From Bilabrum cf. latius (Eukaryota), in contig OZ237777.1 in the NCBI GenBank assembly GCA_965178125.1, positions 62,001 through 126,000 on the forward strand: a stretch of 64,000 nt of DNA, written 5' to 3'. This document shows, piece by piece, positions 27,451 through 37,898 of this stretch (positions are counted from its first letter, which is position 1; every line of letters begins with the position of its first letter). The notes beneath the pieces are model-generated. The model saw nothing but the letters and a program-made list of their open reading frames with translations. It was not told where the DNA came from and did not search any database. The position numbers were made by a program, and so were the translations under genes.

Positions 27451-28126
27451 ATGGCGAGAGGACAACGGACGGGCGCCCCTCCCGTCCGAGTAGCATCAAT
27501 GTGGTGTGGGGCTGCCGAGGCGGGCAGCCCTTGGGTGAGGCTGGTGCGGGCCAGCTCACCCCGTCCCCATCGCCGTCTTTCTCAGCAAATACCAACCGGC
27601 AGGTTGGACAGAGATTAATTATGCCATCGTATTATAACAAATCGGGACCCGGTAAGACTTGGGATCAGGCCCGACTGATTCCGAGTCGTTCGGGTCCTGG
27701 TTTGTGCTCCCGAGGCACTTCCCTTGAGGCAAGTGCTCGAGTGGAGGCTGAGACGCAACACGCAGCGCCACAGATATAAAGATCTGGGCACTGGAGTTCT
27801 GTTGAAAGCCCGCCCACCCGTGAGCTCATGGAGGGTCTACGGCAGGACAGACTGGCTGCGGTGCAGGATGCTACCTGCTGATCCGGCCAACTGGTCCCTG
27901 CTTGACATGTTTTATGTGTGATTGATATCAAACCTGCCGGCAGGGAGCTCACGTTCCCTGACGACGACCGGGACGTGGTGGTGTGGGGCTGCCGAGGCGG
28001 GCAGCCCTTGGGTGAGGCTGGTGCGGGCCAGCTCACCCCGTCCCCATCGCCGTCTTTCTCAGCAAATACCAACCGGCAGGTTGGACAGAGATTAATTATG
28101 CCATCGTATTATAACAAATCGGGACC

Positions 28127-31100
28127 ACGTGCACAGCATTGTGACCCTAATATCACCAAGGCAAGCACCAGCGAGACTCAGGCGGCCAGGACAAGCAGCA
28201 GTCTCACTGCGAGCACAGCCTGCCTCTTGGTCATCCAAGCCGGCGCAAGCCAGAGACACGTGCACAGCATTGTGTCCCTCACATCACCAAGGCAAGCACC
28301 AGCGAGACTCAGGCGGCCAGGACAAGCAGCGGTCTCACTGCGAGCCCAGCCTGCCTCTTGGTCATCCAAGCCGGCGCAAGCCAGAGACACGTGCACAGCA
28401 TTGTGTCCCATATCACCAAGGCAAGCACCAGCGAGACTCAGGCGGCCAGGACAAGCAGCAGTCTGACTGCGAGCCCAGCCTGCCTCTTGGTCCTCCAAGC
28501 CGGCGCAAGCCAGAGACACGTGCACAGCATTGTGTCCCATATCACCAAGGCAAGCACCAGCGAGACTCAGGCGGCCAGGACAAGCAGCAGTCTCACTGCG
28601 AGCCCAGCCTGCCTCTTGGTCATCCAAGCCGGCGCAAGCCAGAGACACGTGCACAGCATTGTGTCCCATATCACCAAGGCAAGCACCAGCGAGACTCAGG
28701 CGGCCAGGACAAGCAGCAGTCTCACTGCGAGCCCAGCCTGCCTCTTGGTCATCCAAGCCGGCGCAAGCCAGAGACACGTGTACAGCATTGTGTCCCTCAC
28801 ATCACCAAGGCAAGCACCAGCGAGACTCGGGCGGCCAGGACAAGCAGCAGTCTCACTGCGAGCCCAGCCTGCCTCTTGGTCATCCAAGCCGGCGCAAGCC
28901 AGAGACACGTGCACAGCATTGTGTCCCATATAACCAAGGCAAGCACCAGCGAGACTCGGGCGGCCAGGACAAGCAGCAGTCTGACTGCGAGCCCAGCTTG
29001 CCTCTTGGTCATCCAAGCCGGCGCAAGCCAGAGACACGTGCACAGCATTGTGTCCCATATCACCAAGGCAAGCACCAGCGAGACGCGGGCGGCCAGGACA
29101 AGCAGCAGTCTCACTGCGAGCCCAGCCTGCTTGTTGGTCATCCAAGCCGGCGCAAGCCAGAGACACGTGCACAGCATTGTGTCCCAATCTACCAAGGCAA
29201 GCACCAGCGAGACTCGGGCGGCCAGGACAAGCAGCAGTCTCACTGCGAGCCCAGCCTGCCTCTTGGTCATCCAAGCCGGCGCAAGCCAGAGACACGTGCA
29301 CAGCATTGTGACCCTAATATCACCAAGGCAAGCACCAGCGAGACTCAGGCGGCCAGGACAAGCAGCAGTCTCACTGCGAGCCCAGCCTGCCTCTTGGTCA
29401 TCCAAGCCGGCGCAAGCCAGAGACACGTGTACAGCATTGTCTCCCTCACATCACCAAGGCAAGCACCAGCGAGACTCAGGCGGCCAGGACAAGCAGCAGT
29501 CTCACTGCGAGCCCAGCCTGCCTCTTGGTCATCCAAGCCAGCGCAAGCCAGAGACACGTGTACAGCATTGTGTCCCTCACATCACCAAGGCAAGCACCAG
29601 CGAGACTCAGGCGGCCAGGACAAGCAGCGATCTCACTGCGAGCCCAGCCTGCCTCTTGGTCATCCAAGTCGGCGCAAGCCAGAGACACGTGCACAGCATT
29701 GTGACCCTAATATCACCAAGGCAAGCACCAGCGAGACTCAGGCGGCCAGGACAAGCAGCAGTCTCACTGCGAGCCCAGCCTGCCTCTTGGTCATCCAAGT
29801 CGGCGCAAGCCAGAGACACGTGCACAGCATTGTGACCCTAATATCACCAAGGCAAGCACCAGCGAGACTCGGGCGGCCAGGACAAGCAGCAGTCTCACTG
29901 CGAGCCCAGCCTGCCTCTTGGTCATCCAAGTCGGCGCAAGCTAGAGACACGTGCACAGCATTGTGACCCTAATATCACCAAGGCAAGCACCAGCGAGACT
30001 CAGGCGGCCAGGACAAGCAGCAGTCTCACTGCGAGCACAGCCTGCCTCTTGGTCATCCAAGCCGGCGCAAGCCAGAGACACGTGCACAGCATTGTGTCCC
30101 TCACATCACCAAGGCAAGCACCAGCGAGACTCAGGCGGCCAGGACAAGCAGCGGTCTCACTGCGAGCCCAGCCTGCCTCTTGGTCATCCAAGCCGGCGCA
30201 AGCCAGAGACACGTGCACAGCATTGTGTCCCCAATTCACCAAGGCAAGCACCAGCGAGACTCAGGCGGCCAGGACAAGCAGCAGTCTCACTGCGAGCCCA
30301 GCCTGCCTCTTGGTCCTCCAAGCCGGCGCAAGCCAGAGACACGTGCACAGCATTGTGTCCCATATCACCAAGGCAAGCACCAGCGAGACTCAGGCGGCCA
30401 GGACAAGCAGCAGTCTCACTGCGAGCCCAGCCTGCCTCTTGGTCATCCAAGCCGGCGCAAGCCAGAGACACGTGTACAGCATTGTGTCCCATATCACCAA
30501 GGCAAGCACCAGCGAGACGCGGGCGGCCAGGACAAGCAGCAGTCTCACTGCGAGCCCAGCCTGCCTCTTGGTCATCCAAGCCGGCGCAAGCCAGAGACAC
30601 GTGTACAGCATTGTGTCCCTCACATCACCAAGGCAAGCACCAGCGAGACGCGGGCGGCCAGGACAAGCAGCAGTCTCACTGCGAGCCCAGCCTGCCTCTT
30701 GGTCATCCAAGCCGGCGCAAGCCAGAGACACGTGCACAGCATTGTGTCCCCAATTCACCAAGGCAAGCACCAGCGAGACTCGGGCGGCCAGGACAAGCAG
30801 CAGTCTGACTGCGAGCCCAGCTTGCCTCTTGGTCATCCAAGCCGGCGCAAGCCAGAGACACGTGCACAGCATTGTGTCCCATATCACCAAGGCAAGCACC
30901 AGCGAGACGCGGGCGGCCAGGACAAGCAGCAGTCTCACTGCGAGCCCAGCCTGCTTGTTGGTCATCCAAGCCGGCGCAAGCCAGAGACACGTGCACAGCA
31001 TTGTGTCCCAATCTACCAAGGCAAGCACCAGCGAGACTCGGGCGGCCAGGACAAGCAGCAGTCTCACTGCGAGCCCAGCCTGCCTCTTGGTCCTCCAAGC

Positions 31101-32950
31101 CGGCGCAAGCCAGAGACACGTGCACAGCATTGTGTCCCATATCACCAAGGCAAGCACCAGCGAGACTCAGGCGGCCAGGACAAGCAGCAGTCTCACTGCG
31201 AGCCCAGCCTGCCTCTTGGTCATCCAAGCCGGCGCAAGCCAGAGACACGTGTACAGCATTGTCTCCCTCACATCACCAAGGCAAGCACCAGCGAGACTCA
31301 GGCGGCCAGGACAAGCAGCAGTCTCACTGCGAGCCCAGCCTGCCTCTTGGTCATCCAAGCCAGCGCAAGCCAGAGACACGTGTACAGCATTGTGTCCCTC
31401 ACATCACCAAGGCAAGCACCAGCGAGACTCAGGCGGCCAGGACAAGCAGCGATCTCACTGCGAGCCCAGCCTGCCTCTTGGTCATCCAAGCCGGCGCAAG
31501 CCAGAGACACGTGCACAGCATTGTGTCCCATATCACCAAGGCAAGCACCAGCGAGACTCAGGCGGCCAGGACAAGCAGCAGTCTCACTGCGAGCCCAGCC
31601 TGCCTCTTGGTCCTCCAAGCCGGCGCAAGCCAGAGACACGTGTACAGCAATGTGTCCCTCACATCACCAAGGCAAGCACCAGCGAGACTCAGGCGGCCAG
31701 GACAAGCAGCGGTCTCACTGCGAGCCCAGCCTGCCTCTTGGTCATCCAAGCCGGCGCAAGCCAGAGACACGTGCACAGCATTGTGTCCCATATCACCAAG
31801 GCAAGCACCAGCGAGACTCGGGCGGCCAGGACAAGCAGCAGTCTCACTGCGAGCCCAGCCTGCCTCTTGGTCCTCCAAGCCGGCGCAAGCCAAAGACACG
31901 TGTACAGCATTGTGTCCCCAATTCACCAAGGCAAGCACCAGCGAGACTCGGGCGGCCAGGACAAGCAGCAGTCTCACTGCGAGCCCAGCTTGCCTCTTGG
32001 TCATCCAAGCCGGCGCAAGCCAGAGACACGTGCAAAGAATTGTGTCCCTCACATCACCAAGGCAAGCACCAGCGAGACTCAGGCGGCCAGGACAAGCAGC
32101 AGTCTCACTGCGAGCCCAGCCTGCTTGTTGGTCATCCAAGCCGGCGCAAGCCAGAGACACGTGCACAGCATTGTGTCCCATATCACCAAGGCAAGCACCA
32201 GCGAGACTCGGGCGGCCAGGACAAGCAGCAGTCTCACTGCGAGCCCAGCCTGCCTCTTGGTCATCCAAGTCGGCGCAAGCCAGAGACACGTGCACAGCAT
32301 TGTGTCCCCAATTCACCAAGGCAAGCACCAGCGAGACTCAGGCGGCCAGGACAAGCAGCGGTCTCACTGCGAGCCCAGCCTGCCTCTTGGTCCTCCAAGC
32401 CGGCGCAAGCCAGAGACACGTGCACAGCATTGTGTCCCTCACATCACCAAGGCAAGCACCAGCGAGACTCAGGCGGCCAGGACAAGCAGCAGTCTCACTG
32501 CGAGCCCAGCCTGCCTCTTGGTCCTCCAAGCCGGCGCAAGCCAGAGACACGTGCACAGCATTGTGTCCCTCACATCACCAAGGCAAGCACCAGCGAGACT
32601 CGGGCGGCCAGGACAAGCAGCAGTCTCACTGCGAGCCCAGCCTGCCTCTTGGTCCTCCAAGCCGGCGCAAGCCAGAGACACGTGCACAGCATTGTGTCCC
32701 TCACATCACCAAGGCAAGCACCAGCGAGACTCAGGCGGCCAGGACAAGCAGCGGTCTCACTGCGAGCCCAGCCTGCCTCTTGGTCCTCCAAGCCGGCGCA
32801 AGCCAGAGACACGTGCACAGCATTGTGTCCCTCACATCACCAAGGCAAGCACCAGCGAGACTCAGGCGGCCAGGACAAGCAGCAGTCTCACTGCGAGCCC
32901 AGCCTGCCTCTTGGTCATCCAAGCCGGCGCAAGCCAGAGACACGTGCACA
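28127..32950. repeat. 129-131-bp satellite, right part (about 37 units)
   Basis: Same unit as 14960-21548. It resumes exactly in phase after the insertion and ends about 45 bp from A1'. Confidence 0.97.
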
Positions 32951-33609
32951 CTGTTGTGTACCCGTCTCGTTTCGCCATTACTTCACTTGGTGGCTTCAAC
33001 TTTAGCTATAACATCCGTTGTGCGCCTCGTGCACTAGGTATCAGTTACCTTGTGCCGCAGATTTATATCTTTTGCGCTACTTATTGCGCGTGCTCCCAAA
33101 AGGGTGCCAGATTCCAGGGCCACTCTCCACGGTCCGATCAAACTGGAACTCTCCGCGCGCTCCGACTCCCAATTAGAAACACACCCCCTCTACCGAGCAC
33201 GCCCGTAAGACGTTCCGGAGGCGCGAGATCTTGCCGCCCGCACTCAATCCGAGTGGCGGCCGCCACCTTGCAACATGTACCGCTCGGTCAGAGTCAGCCC
33301 GGCATTAGTACCATTGTGAGTTTTCTGTGCGGTTGCTAGGCTCTGCCGCTCGTTCTGTCCTCAAACGGCTCTGCGCTGATGGCTCTGGCGGTGATTGCAC
33401 CAGTGTCTGATAGTGGCACTGGCCTTGACAGTATAGCTCCAGTTCTAGTAGCCACAGTAGGTTCACTCTAGCGTGGAAATGACGTACGTGTCCGAGTTCA
33501 TACGAAGACAGGCACACCACTAGGCACCTCCAGGCTAGTGCTAGCAACCGCTCGCGGCGGCTGGCCGCGATATTGCTCAACTAAAGAGACGCTGCCAGAC
33601 ACCCCCAGG

Positions 33610-34027
33610 GGATCGTGGCCCTCCAGTACTTGCCACAACTCGTCACCATGCCGCTGTCCTCTGTCATGCTCATGGCCAAGTCACAGAGGATCGTGGCCCT
33701 CCAGTACTTGCCACAACTCGTCACCATACCGCTGTCCTCTGTCATGCTCATGGCCAAGTCACAGAGGATCGTGGCCCTCCAGTACTTGCCACAACTCGTC
33801 ACCATGCCGCTGTCCTCTGTCATGCTCATGGCCAAGTCATAGAGGATCGTGGCCCTCCAGTACTTGCCACAACTCGTCACCATGCCGCTGTCCTCTGTCA
33901 TGCTCATGGCCAAGTCACAGAGGATCGTGGCCCTCCAGTACTTGCCACAACTCGTCACCATGCCGCTGTCCTCTGTCATGCTCATGGCCAAGTCACAGAG
34001 GATCGTGGCCCTCCGATACTTGCCACA
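33610..34027. repeat. 78-bp tandem repeat, about 5.4 copies, 3' of a LINE ORF
   Basis: Unit ggatcgtggccctccagtacttgccacaactcgtcaccatgccgctgtcctctgtcatgctcatggccaagtcacaga. Confidence 0.97.
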
Positions 34028-34134
34028 GTCGTCAATGATTCCGTGGGTGCGCCTTCTTTGTCTTGTTGCAGTTGACGAAGGCTCGTTGCTTCGCTTATTT
34101 CCCGGCGGCTGACCCTTTCAATTGGCTGTTGCCT

Positions 34135-35405
34135 TCACACGGAGAATGCGTACAGGTGCGGAGCGTGTGCCCGGCACAAGGCGCGGTCCAGTCCCACATC
34201 GGGGTCCCCGGTCGAGACCCACCATTTCCTCCTCCATGACCGTCTCTGCGTCTCACGGTCCTTCAGAGAGGCTAGCATGCACGCGCTCATGCCTTTGGCC
34301 CATTGCCGCTCTATATCCTTTAGCAAGCCGTGGGGCTTGAAAATCCGTCGCTGTAGTCGGGCGTTCGCATTGGTTGCCGCTATCAGCTCTTGCGTGGCCG
34401 TGGCGGCAAGAGCAGCCGCCGCATCGCCTCGCATCCACTGCCTGCACGTCAGCTACTCCTGCTAGCGCAGCTGGTTCCTGATCACCTGCACCACTCGGTT
34501 GGCCAGCTCCTTGACAGCTGTCCGTTCCGATGACCGCGCAATCGTAGGCTCTATCCGAGTGAGTGCGTCTTCGACGATTGGCTTGGCCCTGCTGGTGCGC
34601 TCCAGCTTCTCGTCCCAAGGGTCCTGAGCGAGAGCTGTCTTCGCCCATGCTTTCCGGAGAGAGGCAGGGGACCTCCCTCTATTCTGATCCGCATCATCGG
34701 GTTGCCACGGTCTCGTTCCGGCATGATGGTCATGCTCGGCCCGCTCCATCTGCTCTACCGCGGTGCCCATCACTTGAAGGTTGGGCGTGCCCTGTTGCGG
34801 GTATTGTCCAGCTCGGATGCGCAGAATTCGTCTTCCTTGGTGGCCGTATTCCTGCACCACCGCTGCTGTTGGCATGGCTCCTGGTCCGAAGGCATACCGT
34901 CCCTTCGTTGCGTACCGGTTAAGCATGACCACTCCGAGCGCGGCGCTCTCCCGGTCCCAATCCGACAGTGCCGGATCGTGCGAGCATCCCAGGCTCAGGC
35001 TTGTGAACGATCGGTCAGCAGCTCCGGATTTGGATTTCCTCCACTTTGTGACTTTTTTTGCAGTTTCCTGGCATCCCAGCCAGTCCTTCGCGTCATCGAT
35101 CCGTTGGGTCCACCCTGCCATCTTGATCCTGAATCCCAGTGCCAGCGCGGCCCCGAGTGGGCCTGTCTGTACTGGTGGTCCCTGCAGGAATCGGCCCTGG
35201 TGGATGAACCTGGCCGCAACATCAAGGCCCTTCTTCGAGGGACACTCGATCAGGTCCAGCAGGCCCATAGCAACACGCCCTGCTGCCAATGCCGTCAGCA
35301 GCTCAGTGTCCATCGCAAGGTTTGGCACGTATCGACCGCCCATGGTGAAGGGCCTTACCTGTGTCGATCCGCTGACAATCATCCAGCGCGTATCCAGCAG
35401 GTGAA
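34135..35405 (-). mobile_element. 5'-truncated non-LTR retrotransposon, C-terminal part of the ORF (copy A)
   Basis: Aligns with copy B (GPL.AA, WLG, SKS...RSF..LS.GC, FGPG..PT.A, GR.ILR.RAG.YP, RKAWA, IARSS). Internal TAG at 34462 and 34453. Ends RAHAPHLYAFSV-TGA (34135). Confidence 0.7.
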
Positions 35406-37370
35406 CCAGAATACCAGAATAATTTGTAGGGTAAAGAAACCACACAAAGTAATGTGCAACCACGAATGGCTGTCACACCCCCAAGGTGGGGCCATCAAAG
35501 ATGACCTCAGAGAACAACGCGATCAAAAGACCCGCAGCCCCCCCCTAGAGCAAAGGCCAAAGCCTCAAAAGAAAGCAAAAGAAAGAAGAACCCCTCGTCC
35601 CAAAGAGGATTTCCGAAACATCATGGTGCTACACATACCGAGACGATCACCCTGAGACTCAGCCACTCATCCACCAAAGGACCAGAGGGAAGGAGAGTGA
35701 GCCCGAGCCATCCTCGTAAGGACAGCCGGACCGTCAACACATGCCATCCGCCACCAGCTTGACGTCCATGTACGACGCAGCTACTCCCTTTCACGCAAGA
35801 CACAGCGAAGCGAAGTCGCCATCTCACGCGCCCAGACCCTCTCAAGAGTGTGCATGAGCCCTCTAGGGCGAGCCACACGATGTCCCCTGCGATCCTGAGC
35901 TCGCATTGCAGCATACAGGTCATCCGATGAGCTCGCAGTCCAGCCTCGCACCGAGGCCCCAGTCCACCACCTGCAGGCAGTCCAGGACGGAAACGTTCTG
36001 ATCTTTACACTCAGCTCATCAACCACCAGTGTCGCAAGCCGTACCAATCCAACAGAGGCGCTAGAGCGGGCAATTGCTCGGCGCATCTTGGGAATGGTTC
36101 GCTCAGCAGCAGCGACTCCACGCCTGTCCTGCTCCAGAGGTTGTGGGTGAGGTTCAAGACGTAGGCCATGGTCCGCCCATGCCTTCCTTATCTTGCCCTT
36201 CTCCTCTGAAGTTCGACTGGCCCAGTCACCGGAGACCCACTCTGCCTGAAGACCACGTGACTGCAGCGATGACTCTCGGCGAGTCATCTCCACAGCCACC
36301 TTGTCAGTCAGCTCTGGAGTAGGGGAACAGGAACGAGGGTAAATACCCGCACGAACACGAAGGATCAATCGCCCGTCGGAGCCACGCAGTTGCAGTGCTG
36401 CAGTGGTAGGCAGTGAACCAGGGCCGAACACCCCATCAACCTGACCATGGTACTGGTCCAGTGACACTGTCTGTTCTGCATTCTGCTGCCTGATTGCGCT
36501 CGCCAGGACGTAACCGGAGTGGCATCCAGGGCTCAAGTTCCTGAAAGACCTGATGCTAGAAGCAGACTTCGACGAGTGCCAACGGCGCACCGCTCGATTC
36601 AGCTCCTTCTCCCCCAGCCAAGTCACTCCGTTGTCAACAGATACTCCATTGTCATGAAGGTGAAGCCTGAGAGACGCCGCAGCACTAAGAGGTCCCTGCT
36701 GCGACATCTACTGGCACATGTATGCAGTCCGGATGTAGTGAGATACCACTGGTAGACCCCTCCTATCTGGGGCTCGCATGAGCTCAAAGAGGTCCCGTGC
36801 GGTCCTTCCGGCAGCACTCGCAAGCCATACCTCAGAATCCAACGCCACTTTCGGCAAGCGACGTCCTTCGACGGCAAATGGCATACGGTCAGCCATCCCA
36901 GTGGCCAGCATCCACCTCATGCGTGCCAGGAAACGGTCCACTACACTCATCACAGCTGCATTCATGATCACGCCGTAGTTCACAGAGATCCGCTGTTCCA
37001 GACCTCGGAAGCGTTCCCAGCCAGTGGCGCATCCAGCAGCACCAATGCCATAGAGCGCGCTTGTGAGCGCTCCAGAATAGAGAATCTGGGAGTGTAGACG
37101 AACCGACCAATCACAGTCAACTGCAGCGCGGGTTATGATGGACGCTTGTTGCATCGCCATTGCCACCCTTCGCCGAACGTGGGGGACCATGTCAATGGCT
37201 ATCACGTCCCTCTCTTCGTAGCCGGGCCCAAGCTCTGCTGCTGTGGCATGGATCCTCGTCGTCGATATCAGCAACCCTAGATACACATACGACTTCGCGC
37301 GGGGAACGGTCCATGTCTGTTCTACCCATGATGGGTTCACTTCCGTGGCTGTACACGCGATATGTGAACT
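35405..37370 (-). mobile_element. 5'-truncated RTE-like non-LTR retrotransposon (copy B): RT domain 7/thumb, C-terminal region and 3' UTR
   Basis: VPRAKSYVYLGLLIS...VRRRVAMA...SVRLHSQILYSGALTSALYG...W matches the LINE YLG / RI..A / LY...LLYG..W pattern. One frame 37340-35667 with only TAG 36708 and 35781, ending RAHSPSLWSFGG-TGA. Short tandem tail at ~35405-35420. Confidence 0.78.
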
Positions 37371-37898
37371 ACAGAAATACAGAAATACAGAAATACATTG
37401 TTGGGTTAAGTTACCGAACCCGCCACAGATGCACCATATCTCAGGTGATCACCTGCAGCGGTAGGAGCCCTCATAAGAGGACTACAAGACCCCCGACCCT
37501 TTCAGACCAAAGGCCCCCCATGTACCGGCCCTGATGTTGGGACCTCCCTTTGTCGCCTTCAAGCCCTCCTTCGCAGCAGTCCCGGAGCCTTTATTTCGGA
37601 TATCCGTAGACACACAGGCATACTGCGTGGACCCGGCATTATGCGCGGTCCAGACCCACCACGGAGTGCCACTCCAGAACTTTCGATAGGGTTTGTTGTG
37701 TGTGATTATCTCAATACGTTATTTATGGACATAATAGCTTATTAGCCGTTTAGGGTCAGTTGATTTCGGCAGCAATTAACTGACCGCAAAATCATTTTTG
37801 GCATTATAGTATCAGCCTAAGGCGACGATATTTGGCGTGATTGCGATAAGTTTGGCACGCCACCTTGAAGCCGACAGTGGTTTGGCTCAATGGTAACC

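Larger units (their letters stand above)
21549..28126 (+). mobile_element. Inner Ngaro-type tyrosine-recombinase retrotransposon (non-autonomous, RT not seen): A1 - amplified ORF1 region - YR pseudogene - B1-A2-spacer-B2
   Basis: A1 21549-21707 = A2 27650-27808 (159 bp). B1 27501-27649 = B2 27978-28126 (149 bp). The B1/A2 junction gggacc^cggtaag equals the joined element ends. The flanks rejoin as satellite agagac^acgtgc with no TSD. This is the canonical Ngaro/PAT split-direct-repeat layout. Confidence 0.92.
12934..33181 (-). mobile_element. Outer Ngaro-type element with split direct repeats (A1'...B1'-A2'-spacer-B2') enclosing the 130-bp satellite and the inner element
   Basis: A' occurs at ~32996-33181 and ~13278-13463. 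B' occurs at ~13464-13610 and ~12934-13081. B1' directly abuts A2'. Motifs shared with the inner family: tcgccgtctttctcagcaa in B, agatataaa..tctg..gcac in A, and both ends of the A2-B2 spacer. I could not recognise any RT or YR coding remnant. Confidence 0.82.

Noticed and set aside
21549-28126. LTR retrotransposon interpretation, or an autonomous element
   Set aside because: The repeats are split (A...B-A-B), there is no TSD, TG..CA or integrase, no RT/RNase H motifs were found, and the YR is frameshifted.
14960-32950. CRISPR-like array (constant repeat plus variable segment)
   Set aside because: The constant part is ~120 bp, the variable part is ~10 bp and recurrent rather than unique, there are no cas genes, and the context is eukaryotic.
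14871-33339. Very long ORFs (up to 1097 aa) in the 130-bp array
   Set aside because: All three plus-strand frames are open and swap at each indel. This is an artefact of a stop-poor satellite and no domain is recognisable.
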